Counted from the first letter of the stretch, positions 1-12,807 are shown. The stretch: 64,000 nucleotides of DNA from Dendrobates tinctorius (GCF_039654945.1 NW_027361763.1:28334001-28398000), one strand, 5' to 3'. Notes: generated by a model not told the origin, from the sequence alone. A program made the numbers and translations.

Positions 1-551
1 AACTCCCGCCCATTAGCTGCTGCCCCAGAATTGTTTAATTAATTCTTCTCTTGGTTAGACATTGGGCTGCTCCGACCCCTCATCTCCATACAACGTGTAA
101 GTCTGCATGTGTAGCCCATTCACTATCTCCATCCATCCCTCACTCCATCAGGATGGCCGGGCCATCATTGTAAATACACACCTTGGCGCTATATAAAGAT
201 TATTATTATTATACAATGAGGTGTGATTGGATAATTAGAGGAGATCTGATTCATCAGTGTCGTCTTCTTCTCCTGGTCGGTGTCTGCTGTTTCTCACCTC
301 GGCCGAGACGGAGGACAATCTCGGTCACTGTAAGAGATGAAGATGGCGGCAGCTCCGGTGGCTCCAGCCCAACAATCCACATTTGGTGTCAGTTTCTCCA
401 TTGTTCTGTGGGAACCCTTGTGCTCCACATATTGTTCTCAGTTTGACATTTTTCTTTCCTCTTATTCCAGTTCTGATCCTTTATAATGTGATTATTCCGA
501 TCATGAAATCACTTTTTCCTTTATCTAAGCATCAATCCTCCTTATATAACA

Positions 552-805
552 CCAATCCTCCTCAGATCTCACCGATCCTCCTCAGATCTAACCAATCCTC
601 CTCAGATCTCACCAATCCTCCTCAGATCTCACCAATCCTCCTCAGATCTCACCAATCCTCCTCAGATCTCACCAATCCTCCTCAGATCTCACCAGTCCTC
701 CTCAGATCTCACCAATCCTCCTCAGATCTCACCAGTCCTCCTCAGATCTCACCAGTCCTCCTCAGATCTCACCAGTCCTCCTCAGATCTCACCAGTCCTC
801 CTCAG
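552..805. repeat. 20-bp minisatellite (CCTCAGATCTCACCA[A/G]TCCT)n, ~12.5 copies
   Basis: Visible 20-nt period. Confidence 0.95.
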
Positions 806-1212
806 TTCATCAATTCTGATATTTTACAATCATTCTATTCTTGTATTAACCCCATATGAGCCGGTAACCAAGTCTTCGGAATTATATGACACTATACTAC
901 AAAACTACTTACAAAGGATCAGTGGTAAATGTTGGATATTTTTTTCTAATTTCCAGTAAAGATATGGTTTCACGGGAAAAGTGCCAAAATTGACAGGGTA
1001 CACCTTACCTGTGGAATACATACATACCGTAATGTGGAACTACTTTTGTATACAGTGCTGAGTGCCACCATTTTGGTGTCCTTATTTGCACTTTTTATGT
1101 ATGTTATTTTGTATTGTCTTATGTGCCAATAAAGAGTTTTTATACAAGTTTTTTGAAAAACCGCTCCTATGGACCTCCTTTTTCTAAATATGTGATCTCT
1201 GGAGAGGTTTGT

Positions 1213-1416
1213 TAGTAGCTAAGTGAATTTCACTTTGCGAACGAATCAATTGGAGTCTGGGTTTTTGTTCTCCTTCCATTCAGCACTTGACCCATCCATT
1301 TGAACATTTTCACTGCCCCCAGACCCCTTTCCAGGGTTTGAAAGAAAAAAAAATGCTTGACTTTCACATTGACTCCCAAACAAGCACCTCAGCATTTTAG
1401 TCCTCGCTCATCACTA
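1213..1416. mobile_element. Old degenerate hAT-type MITE present in each unit; Harbinger A inserted into the unit-3 copy
   Basis: Right end CGCTCATCACTA resembles the TAG.G.TGAGCG TIR family; left end degenerate; no clear TSD. Confidence 0.35.
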
Positions 1417-1730
1417 GTCTCTACTAATTCCAACCAGAGCGCCCTATAATGATGAGCTTCATCCCCAACATCCCAGTAATATCTACGGTCATTTTTCTGC
1501 TAGAAAGTCAAGTCTAGGAGACTCCTGTGGTGTCTGCTCCTCCCCAGTGTAAAGCTCTTGGCCGGGTGTAGACTTTCCACTTCAGAGCTGCAGGGTAACA
1601 AGTTTCATTCCCCGGGGGCTGATAATGACTGACCTGATAACAAGGGGGCTCTTATGGCCTTGTATGAACAGAAGAACCACCCTGAGGTCCAATGTGCCCT
1701 AGAGGCAAATCTAACATCTACACAGCTTTA

Positions 1731-2171
1731 GGGCGGTTTCACACATCCAGATAATTCTGGTACTGGGAAAACTGGTAACGGAGCGGTCCGTGTGGATACA
1801 TGTGCTATCCGTATTTCCGTGTGTACCATCCGTGTGTGATCCGTGTCCTGTCCGTATGTCCGTGTAGTGAAATAATTGGTTTCAATATTAACCCTATGAC
1901 TCCTAAAAACACACACGGATGGCACACGGACGCCATCCGTGTGCGGTACGTGTTTACACGGACCCATTGACTTGTATTGGTCCATGTGATCTGTGCTGTT
2001 GCACAAAAACGGACATGTCAACGTATTGTGCACACGGACACAGTCCGTGAAAACACGCTGACATCTGCATAGACATATTCATTAGAATGTGTGTCTATGT
2101 GTGTCAGTGTCTCCGGTACGTGAGAAAACTGTCACTACATGTACCGGAGCCACTGACATGTGAAACCGGCC
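1731..2171. mobile_element. PIF/Harbinger-type MITE, 441 bp (also 9928-10368, 49485-49925, 61006-61446; interrupted variant 39503-41937)
   Basis: TIRs GGGCGGTTTCACA / TGTGAAACCGGCC; 3-bp flanks TTA/TTA in unit 3 and TTA/GTA elsewhere; internal CCGTG repeats. Confidence 0.8.
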
Positions 2172-2319
2172 GTACTGAGCCCTTCACTCCCCAAATGTAT
2201 GGAGACCTCTATTGTGTGCTGATTGCTACAACTAGGATGAACCTTTTTAATGCCTTTTTTTTGGGAGGGGAGGTGGTAAGGTGGGGTGTAAAAGTATATT
2301 GGCAAGATTTATATCTTTA

Positions 2320-3294
2320 CTAGATTATGGCCCAATGCTATCGCATCGGGAGGATGCGATAGCATCACACCTCTTGCCATGTTAACCCTCAACACACACA
2401 CTCCTCAACACACACTCCTCTCATCTTTCACCATCTCCACTCACTCTTTCACTCCACATACGACCCCTTCTCTCACTCCGTCTCTCATACTCACGCCGTC
2501 ATCGCCGCTGCTCCACGATCCCCGACATCTTCTTCCGCCGGCGCCATCCTGGATCCAGACGTTGTCCACGCCGGCAACATGTTCTTGCGGCGACGCCATC
2601 TTGAGTATCGTGAAATCCCGCGATAGTCAAGATGGCGTCGCCGGAAGAACATGTCGCCGGCGTGGACGACGTCGGGACCCAAAATGGCGTCGGCGAAATC
2701 TCGCGAGTTTTCGCCGACGCCATTTTGGATCCCGACGTCATTCTCGCCGGCGACATGTTCTTGTGGCGACGCCATCTTGACTATCGCGGGATTTCGCCGA
2801 TCCAAAATGGCGTCGCCGCAAGAACATGTCGCCGGCGTGGACGACATCGGGATCCAAAATGGCGTCGGTGTAATCTCGCGAGATTTCGCGGACGCCATCT
2901 TTTTGGATCCCGAGTCGTCCACGCCAGCGACATGTTCTTGCGGCGACGCCATCTTGAATATCGCGGGATTTCACGAAATCCAAGATGGCGTCGCCGCAAG
3001 AACATGTCGGCGGCCTGGAGAACGTCTGGATCCTGGATCGCGGCGGCAGAGGAAGATGTCGGGGCAGCGACGATGACGGTGTGAGTATGAGAAACGGAGT
3101 GAGAGAAAGGAACTTATGTGGAGTGAAAGAGTGAGTGGACGTGAGTGGAGGTGAAAGGTGAGAGGAGTGTGTGTTGAGGCGGTGTGGTGTGTTGAGGGTT
3201 AACATGTGCGTGTGTGTGTGTGGTGACGTCACCGGTTACAACTGGACGGAAGTTGTTACAACCGGAAGCTGCTTAGGGCATTTATTATTAGAGA
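2320..3294 (-). mobile_element. Non-autonomous Helitron, 975 bp, with palindromic CpG-rich interior
   Basis: Minus strand starts TCTCTAATAATAAA and ends with a hairpin then CTAG. Inserted between A and T with no TSD; clean empty site TATCTTTA|TAAAAG at 42091/42092. Confidence 0.88.
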
Positions 3295-3328
3295 TAAAAG
3301 CTGCTCAATAACTACATCATAAAAAAGT

Positions 3329-4030
3329 TTAACCCCTTCATCTCTGGCCATTTTCCGTTTTTCACTCTCCTTCCCAGAGCCACCATATTTTTCAGATTTT
3401 TCTGCCAACATGGCCGTGTGAAGGCTTATTTTTTTTTTGTAGGAGTAGTTGCATTTTGGAGAAGCATCAATGATTTTACCATATAGTGTAACTAAAAAAA
3501 AAAAAAAAAAAAAAACAGAAAAACAATCCAGCTGCTGTGAAATTGGAAAAAAAAAAAGTGCAATTTTCTCAATTTTTTTTTACCCTGTTCACTAAATGTT
3601 AATACTGACCCCCCGATTATGATTCTCCAGGTCATTACAAGTTCACAGGTGCCAAAGATTTCTAGGTTCTTTTTTTTTAAAATTATTTAAGTGGTGAGAA
3701 AAATCCAAAATTTGTTAGCTTATGCTGCGGTGACCAAACAAAAAAAAAAACAAGAAAAACAAAAAAAAAAAAAAGTAACTGAAGTTGTTAATATTTTTTG
3801 CACTATGCCGTTTACTGATCAGTATAATTCTTTTTATATTTTGATAAAATCGGCCGTTCCTTATACCAATTTTTATTTTTTTATTATTGTTCTATTTTGA
3901 ATGGGCAAAACTTAAATAGGTTTAAAAACTTTTTTTTCTACTTTGAATTTAGCTGTCATGTGCTGGAGAAGATGTCAGCTCAGCGCCGGAGCCCGCATTA
4001 AAGTGGAAGACACGACTTAAAACGTTTTTA
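3329..4030. mobile_element. Probable truncated piggyBac-like non-autonomous element (in each unit)
   Basis: Begins TTAA-CCCCTT, typical of a piggyBac terminus; no matching second end seen, so the right boundary is approximate. Confidence 0.35.
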
Positions 4031-4065
4031 GGAGTGATAAGCATTACAGTGAGACACTTGAGAAC

Positions 4066-4359
4066 TAGTGAAGAGCGAACATCCTGGGATAACGTGTTAT
4101 TGAGCATGCTCAGGTTGTTATCTGAGTATCTTGGGCGTGCTTGAATAATATGTTCGAGTCCCCGGGGCACCGTTTGTCGTGACTTTTAGACAGCAGCCAC
4201 ACATGCGGGATTTCCTGTTTGTGTGTTGCGACTGTCTAACAGCCGCGAGACTTGCAGCGATGGGGACTCCAAACATATTATTCGAACACACCCAAGATAC
4301 TCGGGTAGCACCTCAGCATGCTCAATAACACGTTATCCGAGGACATTCGCTCATCAATA
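4066..4359. mobile_element. hAT-type MITE, ~294 bp, just 3' of noto (also 12243-12536, 43746-44041, 55108-55401, 63323-63616)
   Basis: TIRs TAGTGAAGAGCGAA / TTCGCTCATCAATA with long internal inverted repeat; 8-bp TSD TTGAGAAC/ATGAGAAC. Confidence 0.85.
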
Positions 4360-4428
4360 ATGAGAACGAATTCTAAGAGAAGAGATTGACCACAAAAAGA
4401 TAATTTGGTAATAGAAGTATAAAAAGGT

Positions 4429-4434
4429 TTTATT
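4429..4434 (-). terminator. Putative poly(A) signal AATAAA of noto copy 1 (conserved in all copies)
   Basis: TTTATT on + strand ~200 nt after the stop codon, following a U-rich 3' UTR. Confidence 0.55.
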
Positions 4435-4630
4435 TAAAAGTGTAGAATAAATACCAGTATAAAACATCTGATTTAAATAAAATAAACAAAATATAAAAAT
4501 TGCACTGGTCCTTCACGAGCCACCATAGGGGCTGAGATGTATCATAGAACATTGGGTTGGGAACCCTGTCTGAGTCATATGCCTGTCTGACTCTTCTCTA
4601 ATAGTCCAGAGAAGATAAAGTGGTGGAGAA

Positions 4631-5795
4631 CTACTGATCCACTTCTACCTCATCCTGTCCTTCAATCTTGGTGGGGTCTAGGGATGGTGGTTCTTCGGGA
4701 AGGACTCTAAATTTTGGCAGCGTGGAATTCTTCTGTTCCAGACTTTGCTTTCTCCACTTAATCCGGCGGTTCTGGAACCAGACCTTCACCTGTGAAGAAA
4801 GGAGAAGACGTTGTTGAGAACTGGGATCTGGCAAATATGCGAAACTCTTTAGTTACATCACAGTGACCCAAATTATGAGTGTGAATATATATAGGAAAAT
4901 TCCAAAGCAAATGTGTTCAGCTAAAAAAATACATTGTCAAACCAAAAAGGGCTCAAGTTGAACAACAGTTACAAAGAGCATGTACCGGCTCTTACCTGGG
5001 TTTCTGTGAGGCCAAGTGTGGCAGCCAAGTCCACCCGCTCTGTCCCCACCATATACTGCCGCTTTAGGAATTCCTTCTCCATCCTTTCCAGCTGTTCTGG
5101 AGTGAAAACTGTCCTAAATCTCTTCAGCTTGTGGGATCCTGTGTTGCAGGGCAGAGATCCTATTGGGCAGTTGGTGAAGGACGAATAACCTGGAAGAAGC
5201 AGAAGGTGGCGCTGTCAGAGAAAGAAAGAAAAAAAGAAAGAAAGAAAGAAAAAAAGAAAGACGCTCCATGAACTGGTGCGCACACAGCTACAACTTCTAC
5301 TAGTGAGACAAGATAACTATTCTGATGTGAGAAATACAAGTCTCAGCATTTCTTATCCTGAAGAACAAAAATCCACATCTCTCCTGATCTAACCAACTTT
5401 TTGTAGAGATATTATTAGCGCCAAAAACTAATTATATAGAATTAATATAAGATGAGGAGTGTGGACTCACCTCTGTGGCTGCACAGGGGGTACAGACATC
5501 TGCACCCTCCACTGAAGTGCTGCTGGGGCTGGACATAGCCGGGGAAGGCTGCAGGTTGGCAGACCCACACCGGAAAGTAGGACATGGCCCCATAGGTATA
5601 GCCATGGGGTGCAGGGGGCATCTGCCAGACGGGTTCCTGCAAAATAACTCGGGGTGCCCGTCTGTCCTCCCTGGATAATATAGAGTCTATATCAAAGGCG
5701 TTCCTTGGTCTTGTCTGGTCCTGAATGGCCACTGGCAGAGCAGGAGTCTGATCCAAATGGTGGCCAAGCCTTGGGAAGATGAGACTAGGCTGCAT
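4631..5795 (-). CDS. noto: Not/notochord homeobox protein, copy 1; exons 5795-5471, 5189-4996, 4789-4631; 225 aa
   Basis: GT-AG introns in phase (325+194+159 nt). eh1 motif FDIDSIL. Homeodomain KRFRTVFTPEQLERMEKEFLKRQYMVGTERVDLAATLGLTETQ|VKVWFQNRRIKWRKQS recognised as Xnot/flh class; intron between HD44 and HD45. Confidence 0.93.
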
Positions 5796-5892
5796 GATGG
5801 CTGGGAGAAGGGAAAGTATCCTCAGGTGATTAGAAGTACTTGGAGAAGGTGATCTCTGCTGGAGAATGTAGGGTCCTGAGCTCTGAGCCTCC

Positions 5893-5926
5893 TTATATCC
5901 AGAGCTGGGCTCTGTGAATTGCAAAT
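5893..5926 (-). promoter_or_regulatory. Putative noto core promoter: TATAA box with adjacent octamer-like site (TATA also at 14160-14164, 45558-45562, 56920-56924)
   Basis: GGATATAAGG on the minus strand ~100 nt upstream of the ATG in all four copies; (A/T)TGCAAAT ~25 nt further upstream. Confidence 0.6.
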
Positions 5927-7243
5927 ACACTATTAGCATGCCAATAGCCCAGAGCAGAGATCAGCACTGAGAGTGGAGGAGTGGGCTCGGCACACAGACC
6001 CCACACTGCCCCCGAGAGGAGAGGAAATGGCCACGGAGCAAAGCTTCCTACAGCATCCCCCAGCTGGACCCAAAACCCAGGGTAAACAAGACTCCTGTAA
6101 TGAATCCATAATTAGCGGGAATCGTGTGATGAGTGTAACTATATCTATATATCCACGTGTCTATATACCGACCTGTGATCCACCCGTCCACGGGGCGCAG
6201 GATTCTGTTATCTGCTCATCTATGTATACAGCTCATATTTAGCTGGTAGTTATTAATGGATCTCATATTTCACTGATTATCCACTTATCTATGTATCTAA
6301 CGCTACATCTCACATATTTATTATCTATCATGTTTATCTGTCTATTTATCTCATAACTGTTATCTACTTATTTATGTATCGATCTCCTATTTATCTATTG
6401 CTCTACACCGGCAGAAATAGAAATAATGGATGGATAGAAACTAGACAAAGACGGACTTTATAGGATGTGAGAACAATCTACAGAATTGCTTTAAAAGGCT
6501 AATTATTATTATTATTAATTATTATTATTATCGTTATTATTTATTATTATAGATAGATTCTATATAATTATCTCCAGATCTCCGGCCCCCGCTATAAGTA
6601 GCCGCCTAATATCCTCTGAGGGCAGCGCCCCCGTATGTCTCCATATCTGCTGTTCTCGCCGGTCCTGGTAATTACAGAGAATTGCTCTAATGATACATTA
6701 CACTGAGGAGAGATCCCCAGATCTCAGGAGATCTCCAGGACAAAACACCGAGCAAGAGGCACAAAGTCGCTTTCTACATTGATGAGGATCGAAATGTGTA
6801 ATAACCGGACATTAGACAGATCCATAATGATCTCCTCTCTGCTGCCAGGGTGGGCTCTCCTGGGGACATACCGGGGTCCAGCTCCGAGCCACTTATATTA
6901 GGGATTTTTTAGGGACATATTTTCCATTTCTCTTTATATTCATCCATCTCTTACTTTCTAAATAAATTTCATCATTGAAACATTTTTAGTAAATTGTGAA
7001 ATATCTTTTTTATTTTCTCATTTTCAAAGTAACATTTTTCCTCCTTTATTCTCCCAGACAATAGATGATTGTACAATGTGACACTTACATTTTATTTCTG
7101 TTGTATACATTCAGTAGACGACTTGGAAACAATCAAGTTTTTCACTGGTTTTCTTTTTGCTCCAGTTTCGCTATTTTTTTTTCTTATGACAGAGATCTGA
7201 TATTTTTTACATTTTCACTTTGACAATGTCTTTACACGTATAA

Positions 7244-7501
7244 GGCTGTGTGCACACGTAATTGGAAATGCTGCGGATTTTGAAAAATCCACAGGTCAAA
7301 ATACCTGCAATTTAGCCCTGCGGTTTCATACATCACAATGGTGAAGGTGTGAAACCGCAGCGGAATCCGCACCAAGAATTGACATGCTGCGGATTGTAAC
7401 CCACGGAAAAATCTGCAGCATGTGCACAGCGTTTTTGGTTTTACCATTGAAAACAATGGTACTGTACAACACAGCAGAATCTACACCGTGTGCACAAAGC
7501 C
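7244..7501. mobile_element. Harbinger-type MITE, 258 bp (also 46919-47176, 58322-58579); absent upstream of copy 2
   Basis: TIRs GGCTGTGTGCACAC / GTGTGCACAAAGCC; TAA TSD; empty site with a single TAA at 15507-15509. Confidence 0.9.
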
Positions 7502-8639
7502 TAAGTGACTGGGTTTAATAACAGAGGTGACGTTGTTTCATTTTTATTCCACTTTTCCCCTCATTTTCATGTCCTTCCTACTTCTTACACTTTTTTTGCT
7601 TTACTTGGATTATTGATCATTTTTTATAGCAAGTCACTAGTTTTGCTTTTTGTTCCAGTGAAGTTTTTTCTTTTCTTTTTTATGTCCTTTCCATTTAACA
7701 CATATTTCCTCTCTCTTTGTATCGCTGTCTTCAGTATAATTAATCTCCTGATAACACCAACAAAGGTCAAACTACTCAAATAAAAAACAGCATCAATTAC
7801 ATAACAATAAAAATACAAACAATTACAAAACTGCAGTAAAGGGGGTGAGTGTGTACAGCGCCTGAAGTGGTAATTCATGATCTGTATATCTCATTTCATG
7901 TAGCCTAAACATCACGGTATAATATCAATGTGTTCCGTCTTCCATGGAGAGACACAGTAGAAATAGAAGTAATGCGCATACAAAATACAAGTCGTCAGAC
8001 CCCTCAGGAGAATCACAAAACATCTCCAGCTTTTATTACCTTTATTTGGGTAGTTTGATCTTTGTTGGCGTTTTCTGTTATTCCTTAAAACTCCCGCCCA
8101 TTAGCTGCTGCCCCAGAATTGTTTAATTAATTCTTCTCTTGGTTAGACATTGGGCTGCTCCGACCCCTCATCTCCATACAACGTGTAAGTCTGCATGTGT
8201 AGCCCATTCACTATCTCCATCCATCCCTCACTCCATCAGGATGGCCGGGCCATCATTGTAAATACACACCTTGGCGCTATATAAAGATTATTATTATTAT
8301 ACAATGAGGTGTGATTGGATAATTAGAGGAGATCTGATTCATCAGTGTCGTCTTCTTCTCCTGGTCGGTGTCTGCTGCTTTCTCACCTCGGCCGAGACGG
8401 AGGACAATCTCGGTCACTGTAAGAGATGAAGATGGCGGCAGCTCCGGTGGCTCCAGCCCAACAATCCACATTTGGTGTCAGTTTCTCCATTGTTCTGTGG
8501 GAACCCTTGTGCTCCACATATTGTTCTCAGTTTGACATTTTTCTTTCCTCTTATTCCAGTTCTGATCCTTTATAATGTGATTATTCCGATCATGAAATCA
8601 CTTTTTCCTTTATCTAAGCATCAATCCTCCTTATATAAC

Positions 8640-8995
8640 ACCAATCCTCCTCAGATCTCACCGATCCTCCTCAGATCTCACCGATCCTCCTCAGATCTAA
8701 CCAATCCTCCTCAGATCTCACCAATCCTCCTCAGATCTCACCAATCCTCCTCAGATCTCACCAGTCCTCCTCAGATCTCACCAGTCCTCCTCAGATCTCA
8801 CCAGTCCTCCTCAGATCTCACCAATCCTCCTCAGATCTCACCAATCCTCCTCAGATCTCACCAGTCCTCCTCAGATCTCACCAGTCCTCCTCAGATCTCA
8901 CCAGTCCTCCTCAGATCTCACCAGTCCTCCTCAGATCTCACCAGTCCTCCTCAGATCTCACCAGTCCTCCTCAGATCTCACCAGTCCTCCTCAGT
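8640..8995. repeat. 20-bp minisatellite, ~17.5 copies
   Basis: Visible 20-nt period. Confidence 0.95.
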
Positions 8996-10516
8996 TCATC
9001 AATTCTGATATTTTGCAATCATTCTATTCTTGTATTAACCCCATATGAGCCGGTAACCAAGTCTTCGGAATTATATGACACTATACTACAAAACTACTTA
9101 CAAAGGATCAGTGGTAAATGTTGGATATTTTTTTCTAATTTCCAGTAAAGATATGGTTTCACGGGAAAAGTGCCAAAATTGACAGGGTACACCTTACCTG
9201 TGGAATACATACATACCGTAATGTGGAACTACTTTTGTATACAGTGCTGAGTGCCACCATTTTGGTGTCCTTATTTGCACTTTTTATGCATGTTATTTTG
9301 TATTGTCTTATGTGCCAATAAAGAGTTTTTATGCAAGTTTTTTGAAAAACCGCTCCTATGGACCTCCTTTTTCTAAATATGTGATCTCTGGAGAGGTTTG
9401 TTAGTAGCTAAGTGAATTTCACTTTGCGAACAAATCAATTGGAGTCTGGGTTTTTGTTTTTTGTTCTCCTTCCATTCAGCACTTGACCCATCCATTTGAA
9501 CATTTTCACTGCCCCCAGACCCCTTTCCAGGGTTTTAAAGAAAAAAAAAAGCTTGACTTTCACATTGACTCCCAAACGAGCACCTCAGCATTTTAGTCCT
9601 CGCTCATCACTAGTCTCTACTAATTCCAACCAGAGCGCCCCTATAATGATGAGCTTCATCCCCAACATCCCAGTAATATCTACGGTCACTTTTCTGCTAG
9701 AAAGTCAAGTCTAGGAGACTCCTGTGGTGTCTGCTCCTCCCCAGTGTAAAGCTCTTGGCCGGGTGTGGACCTTCCACTTCAGAGCTGCAGGGTAACAAGT
9801 TTCATTCCCCGGGGGCTGATAATGACTGACCTGATAACAAGGGGCCTCTTATGGCCTTGTATGAACAGAAGAACCACCCTAAGGCCCAATGTGCCCTAGA
9901 GGCAAATCTAACATCTACACAGCTTTAGGGCGGTTTCACACATCCAGATAATTCTGGTACTGGGAAAACTGGTACCGGAGTGGTCCGTGTGGATACGTGT
10001 GCTATCCGTATTTCCGTGTGTACCATCCGTGTGTGATCCGTGTCCTGTCCGTATGTCCGTGTAGTGAAATAATTGGTTTCAATATTAACCCTTTGACTCC
10101 TAAAAACGCACACGGATGGCACACGGACGCCATCCGTGTGCGGTACGTGTTTACACGGACCCATTGACTTGTATTGGTCCATGTGATCTGTGCTGTTGCA
10201 CAAAAACGGACATGTCAGCGTATTGTGCACACGGACACAGTCCGTGAAAACACGCTGACATCTGCATAGACATATTCATTAGAATGTGTGTCTATGTGTG
10301 TCAGTGTCTCCGGTACGTGAGAAAACTGTCACTACATGTACCGGAGCCACTGACATGTGAAACCGGCCGTACTGAGCCCTTCACTCCCCAAATGTATGGA
10401 GACCTCTATTGTGTGCTGATTGCTACAACTAGGATGAACCTTTTTAATGCCTTTTTTTTGGGAGGGGAGGTGGTAAGGTGGGGTGTAAAAGTATATTGGC
10501 AAGATTTATATCTTTA

Positions 10517-11476
10517 CTAGATTATGGCCCGATGCTATGGCATCGGGAGGATGCGATAGCATCAAACCTCTTGCCATGTTAACCCTCAACACACACACTC
10601 CTCAACACACACTCCTCTCATCTTTCACCATCTCCACTCACTCTTTCACTCCACATACGACCCCTTCTCTCACTCCGTCTCTCATACTCACGCCGTCATC
10701 GCCGCAGCTCCACGATCCCCGACATCTTCTTCCGCCGGCGCCATCCTGGATCCAGACGTTGTCCACGCCGGCGACATGTTCTTGCGGCGACGCCATCTTG
10801 AGTATCGTGAAATCCCGCGATAGTCAAGATGGCGTCGCCGGAAGAACATGTCGCCGGCGTGGACGACGTCGGGATCCAAAATGGCGTCGGCGAAATCTCG
10901 CGAGTTTTCGCCGACGCCATTTTGGATCCCGATGTCGTCCTCGCCAGCGACATGTTCTTGCGGCGACGCCATCTTGACTATCGTGGGATTTCGCCGATCC
11001 AAAATGGCGTCGCCGCAAGAACATGTCGCCGGCGTGGACGACATCGGGATCCAAAATGGCGTCGGCGTAATCTTGCGAGATTTCGCGGACGCCATCTTTT
11101 TGGATCCCGAGTCGTCCACGCCAGCGACATGTTCTTGCGGCGACGCCATCTTGAATATCGCGGGATTTCACGAAATCCAAGATGGCGTCGCCGCAAGAAC
11201 ATGTCGGCGGCCTGGAGAACGTCTGGATCCAGGATCGCGGCGGAGGAAGATGTCGGGGCAGCGACGATGACGGTGTGAGTATGAGAAACGGAGTGAGAGA
11301 AAGGAACGTATGTGGAGTGAAAGAGTGAGTGGAGGTGAAAGGTGAGAGGAGTGTGTGTTGAGGTGGTGTGGTGTGTTGAGGGTTAACATGTGCGTGTGTG
11401 TGTGGTGACGTCACCGGTTACAACTGGACGGAAGTTGTTACAACCGGAAGCTGCTTAGGGCATTTATTATTAGAGA
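10517..11476 (-). mobile_element. Helitron copy
   Basis: Same termini and insertion site as 2320-3294. Confidence 0.88.
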
Positions 11477-12807
11477 TAAAAGCTGCTCAATAACTACATT
11501 ATAAAAAAGTTTAACCCCTTCATCTCTGGCCATTTTCCGTTTTTCACTCTCCTTCCCAGAGCCACCATATTTTTCAGATTTTTCTGCCAACATGGCCGTG
11601 TGAAGGCTTATTTTTTTTTTGTAGGAGTAGTTGCATTTTTGAGAAGCATCAATGATTTTACCATATAGTGTAACTAAAAAAAAAAAAAAAAAAACAGAAA
11701 AACAATCCAGCTGCTGTGAAATTGGAAAAAAAAAAAAGTGCAATTTCCTCAATTTTTTTTTACCCAGTTCACTAAATGTTAATACTGACCCCCCATTATG
11801 ATTCTCCAGGTCATTACAAGTTCACAGGTGCCAAAGATTTATAGGTTCTTTTTTTTTTAAATTATTTAAGTGGTGAAAAAAATCCAAAATTTGTCAGCTT
11901 ATGCTGCGGTGACCAAACAAAAAAAAAAACAAGAAAAACAAAAAAAAAAAAGTAACTGAAGTTGTTAATATTTTTTGCACTATGCCGTTTACTGATCAGT
12001 ATAATTCTTTTTATATTTTGATAACATCGGCCGTTCCTTATACCAATTTTTATTTTTTTATTATTGTTCTATTTTGAATGGGCAAAACTTAAATAGGTTT
12101 AAAAACTTTTTTTTCTACTTTGAATTTAGCTGTCATGTGCTGGAGAAGATGTCAGCTCAGCGCCGGAGCCCGCATTAAAGTGGAAGACACGGCTTAAAAC
12201 GTTTTTAGGAGTGATAAGCATTACAGTGAGACACTTGAGAACTAGTGAAGAGCGAACATCCTGGGGTAACGTGTTATCGAGCATGCTCAGGTTGTTATCT
12301 GAGTATCTTGGGCGTGCTTGAATAATATGTTCGAGTCCCCGGGGCACCGTTTGTCGTGACTTTTAGACAGCAGCCACACATGCGGGATTTCCTGTTTGTG
12401 TGTTGCGACTGTCTAACACCCGCGAGACTTGCAGCGATGGGGACTCCAAACATATTATTCGAGCACGCCCAAGATACTCTGGTAGCACCTCAGCATGCTC
12501 AATAACACGTTATCCGAGGACATTCGCTCATCAATAATGAGAACGAATTCTAAGAGAAGAGATTGACCACAAAAAGATAAATTGGTAATATAAGTATAAA
12601 AAGGTTTTATTTAAAAGTGTAGAATAAATACCAGTATAAAACATCTGATTTAAATAAAATAAACAAAATATAAAAATTGCACTGGTCCTTCACGAGCCAC
12701 CATAGGGGCTGACATGTATCATAGAACATTGCGCTGGGAACCCTGTCTGAGTCATATGCCTGTCTGACTCTTCTCTAATAGTCCAGAGAAGATAAAGTGG
12801 TGGAGTT

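Noticed and set aside
383-859. Ser/Pro-rich ORFs across the 20-bp repeat (also 8472, 48149, 59550)
   Set aside because: Minisatellite read-through with non-ATG start; length and end frame vary between units.
2379-3232. Many overlapping ORFs on both strands (and their copies in other units)
   Set aside because: Product of the GC-rich palindromic Helitron interior; no Rep/helicase or other domain.
5796-5939. N-terminal extension MLIVY... of noto exon 1 in the ORF track
   Set aside because: That ATG lies upstream of the TATA box; Not-like sequence begins at MQP (5795).
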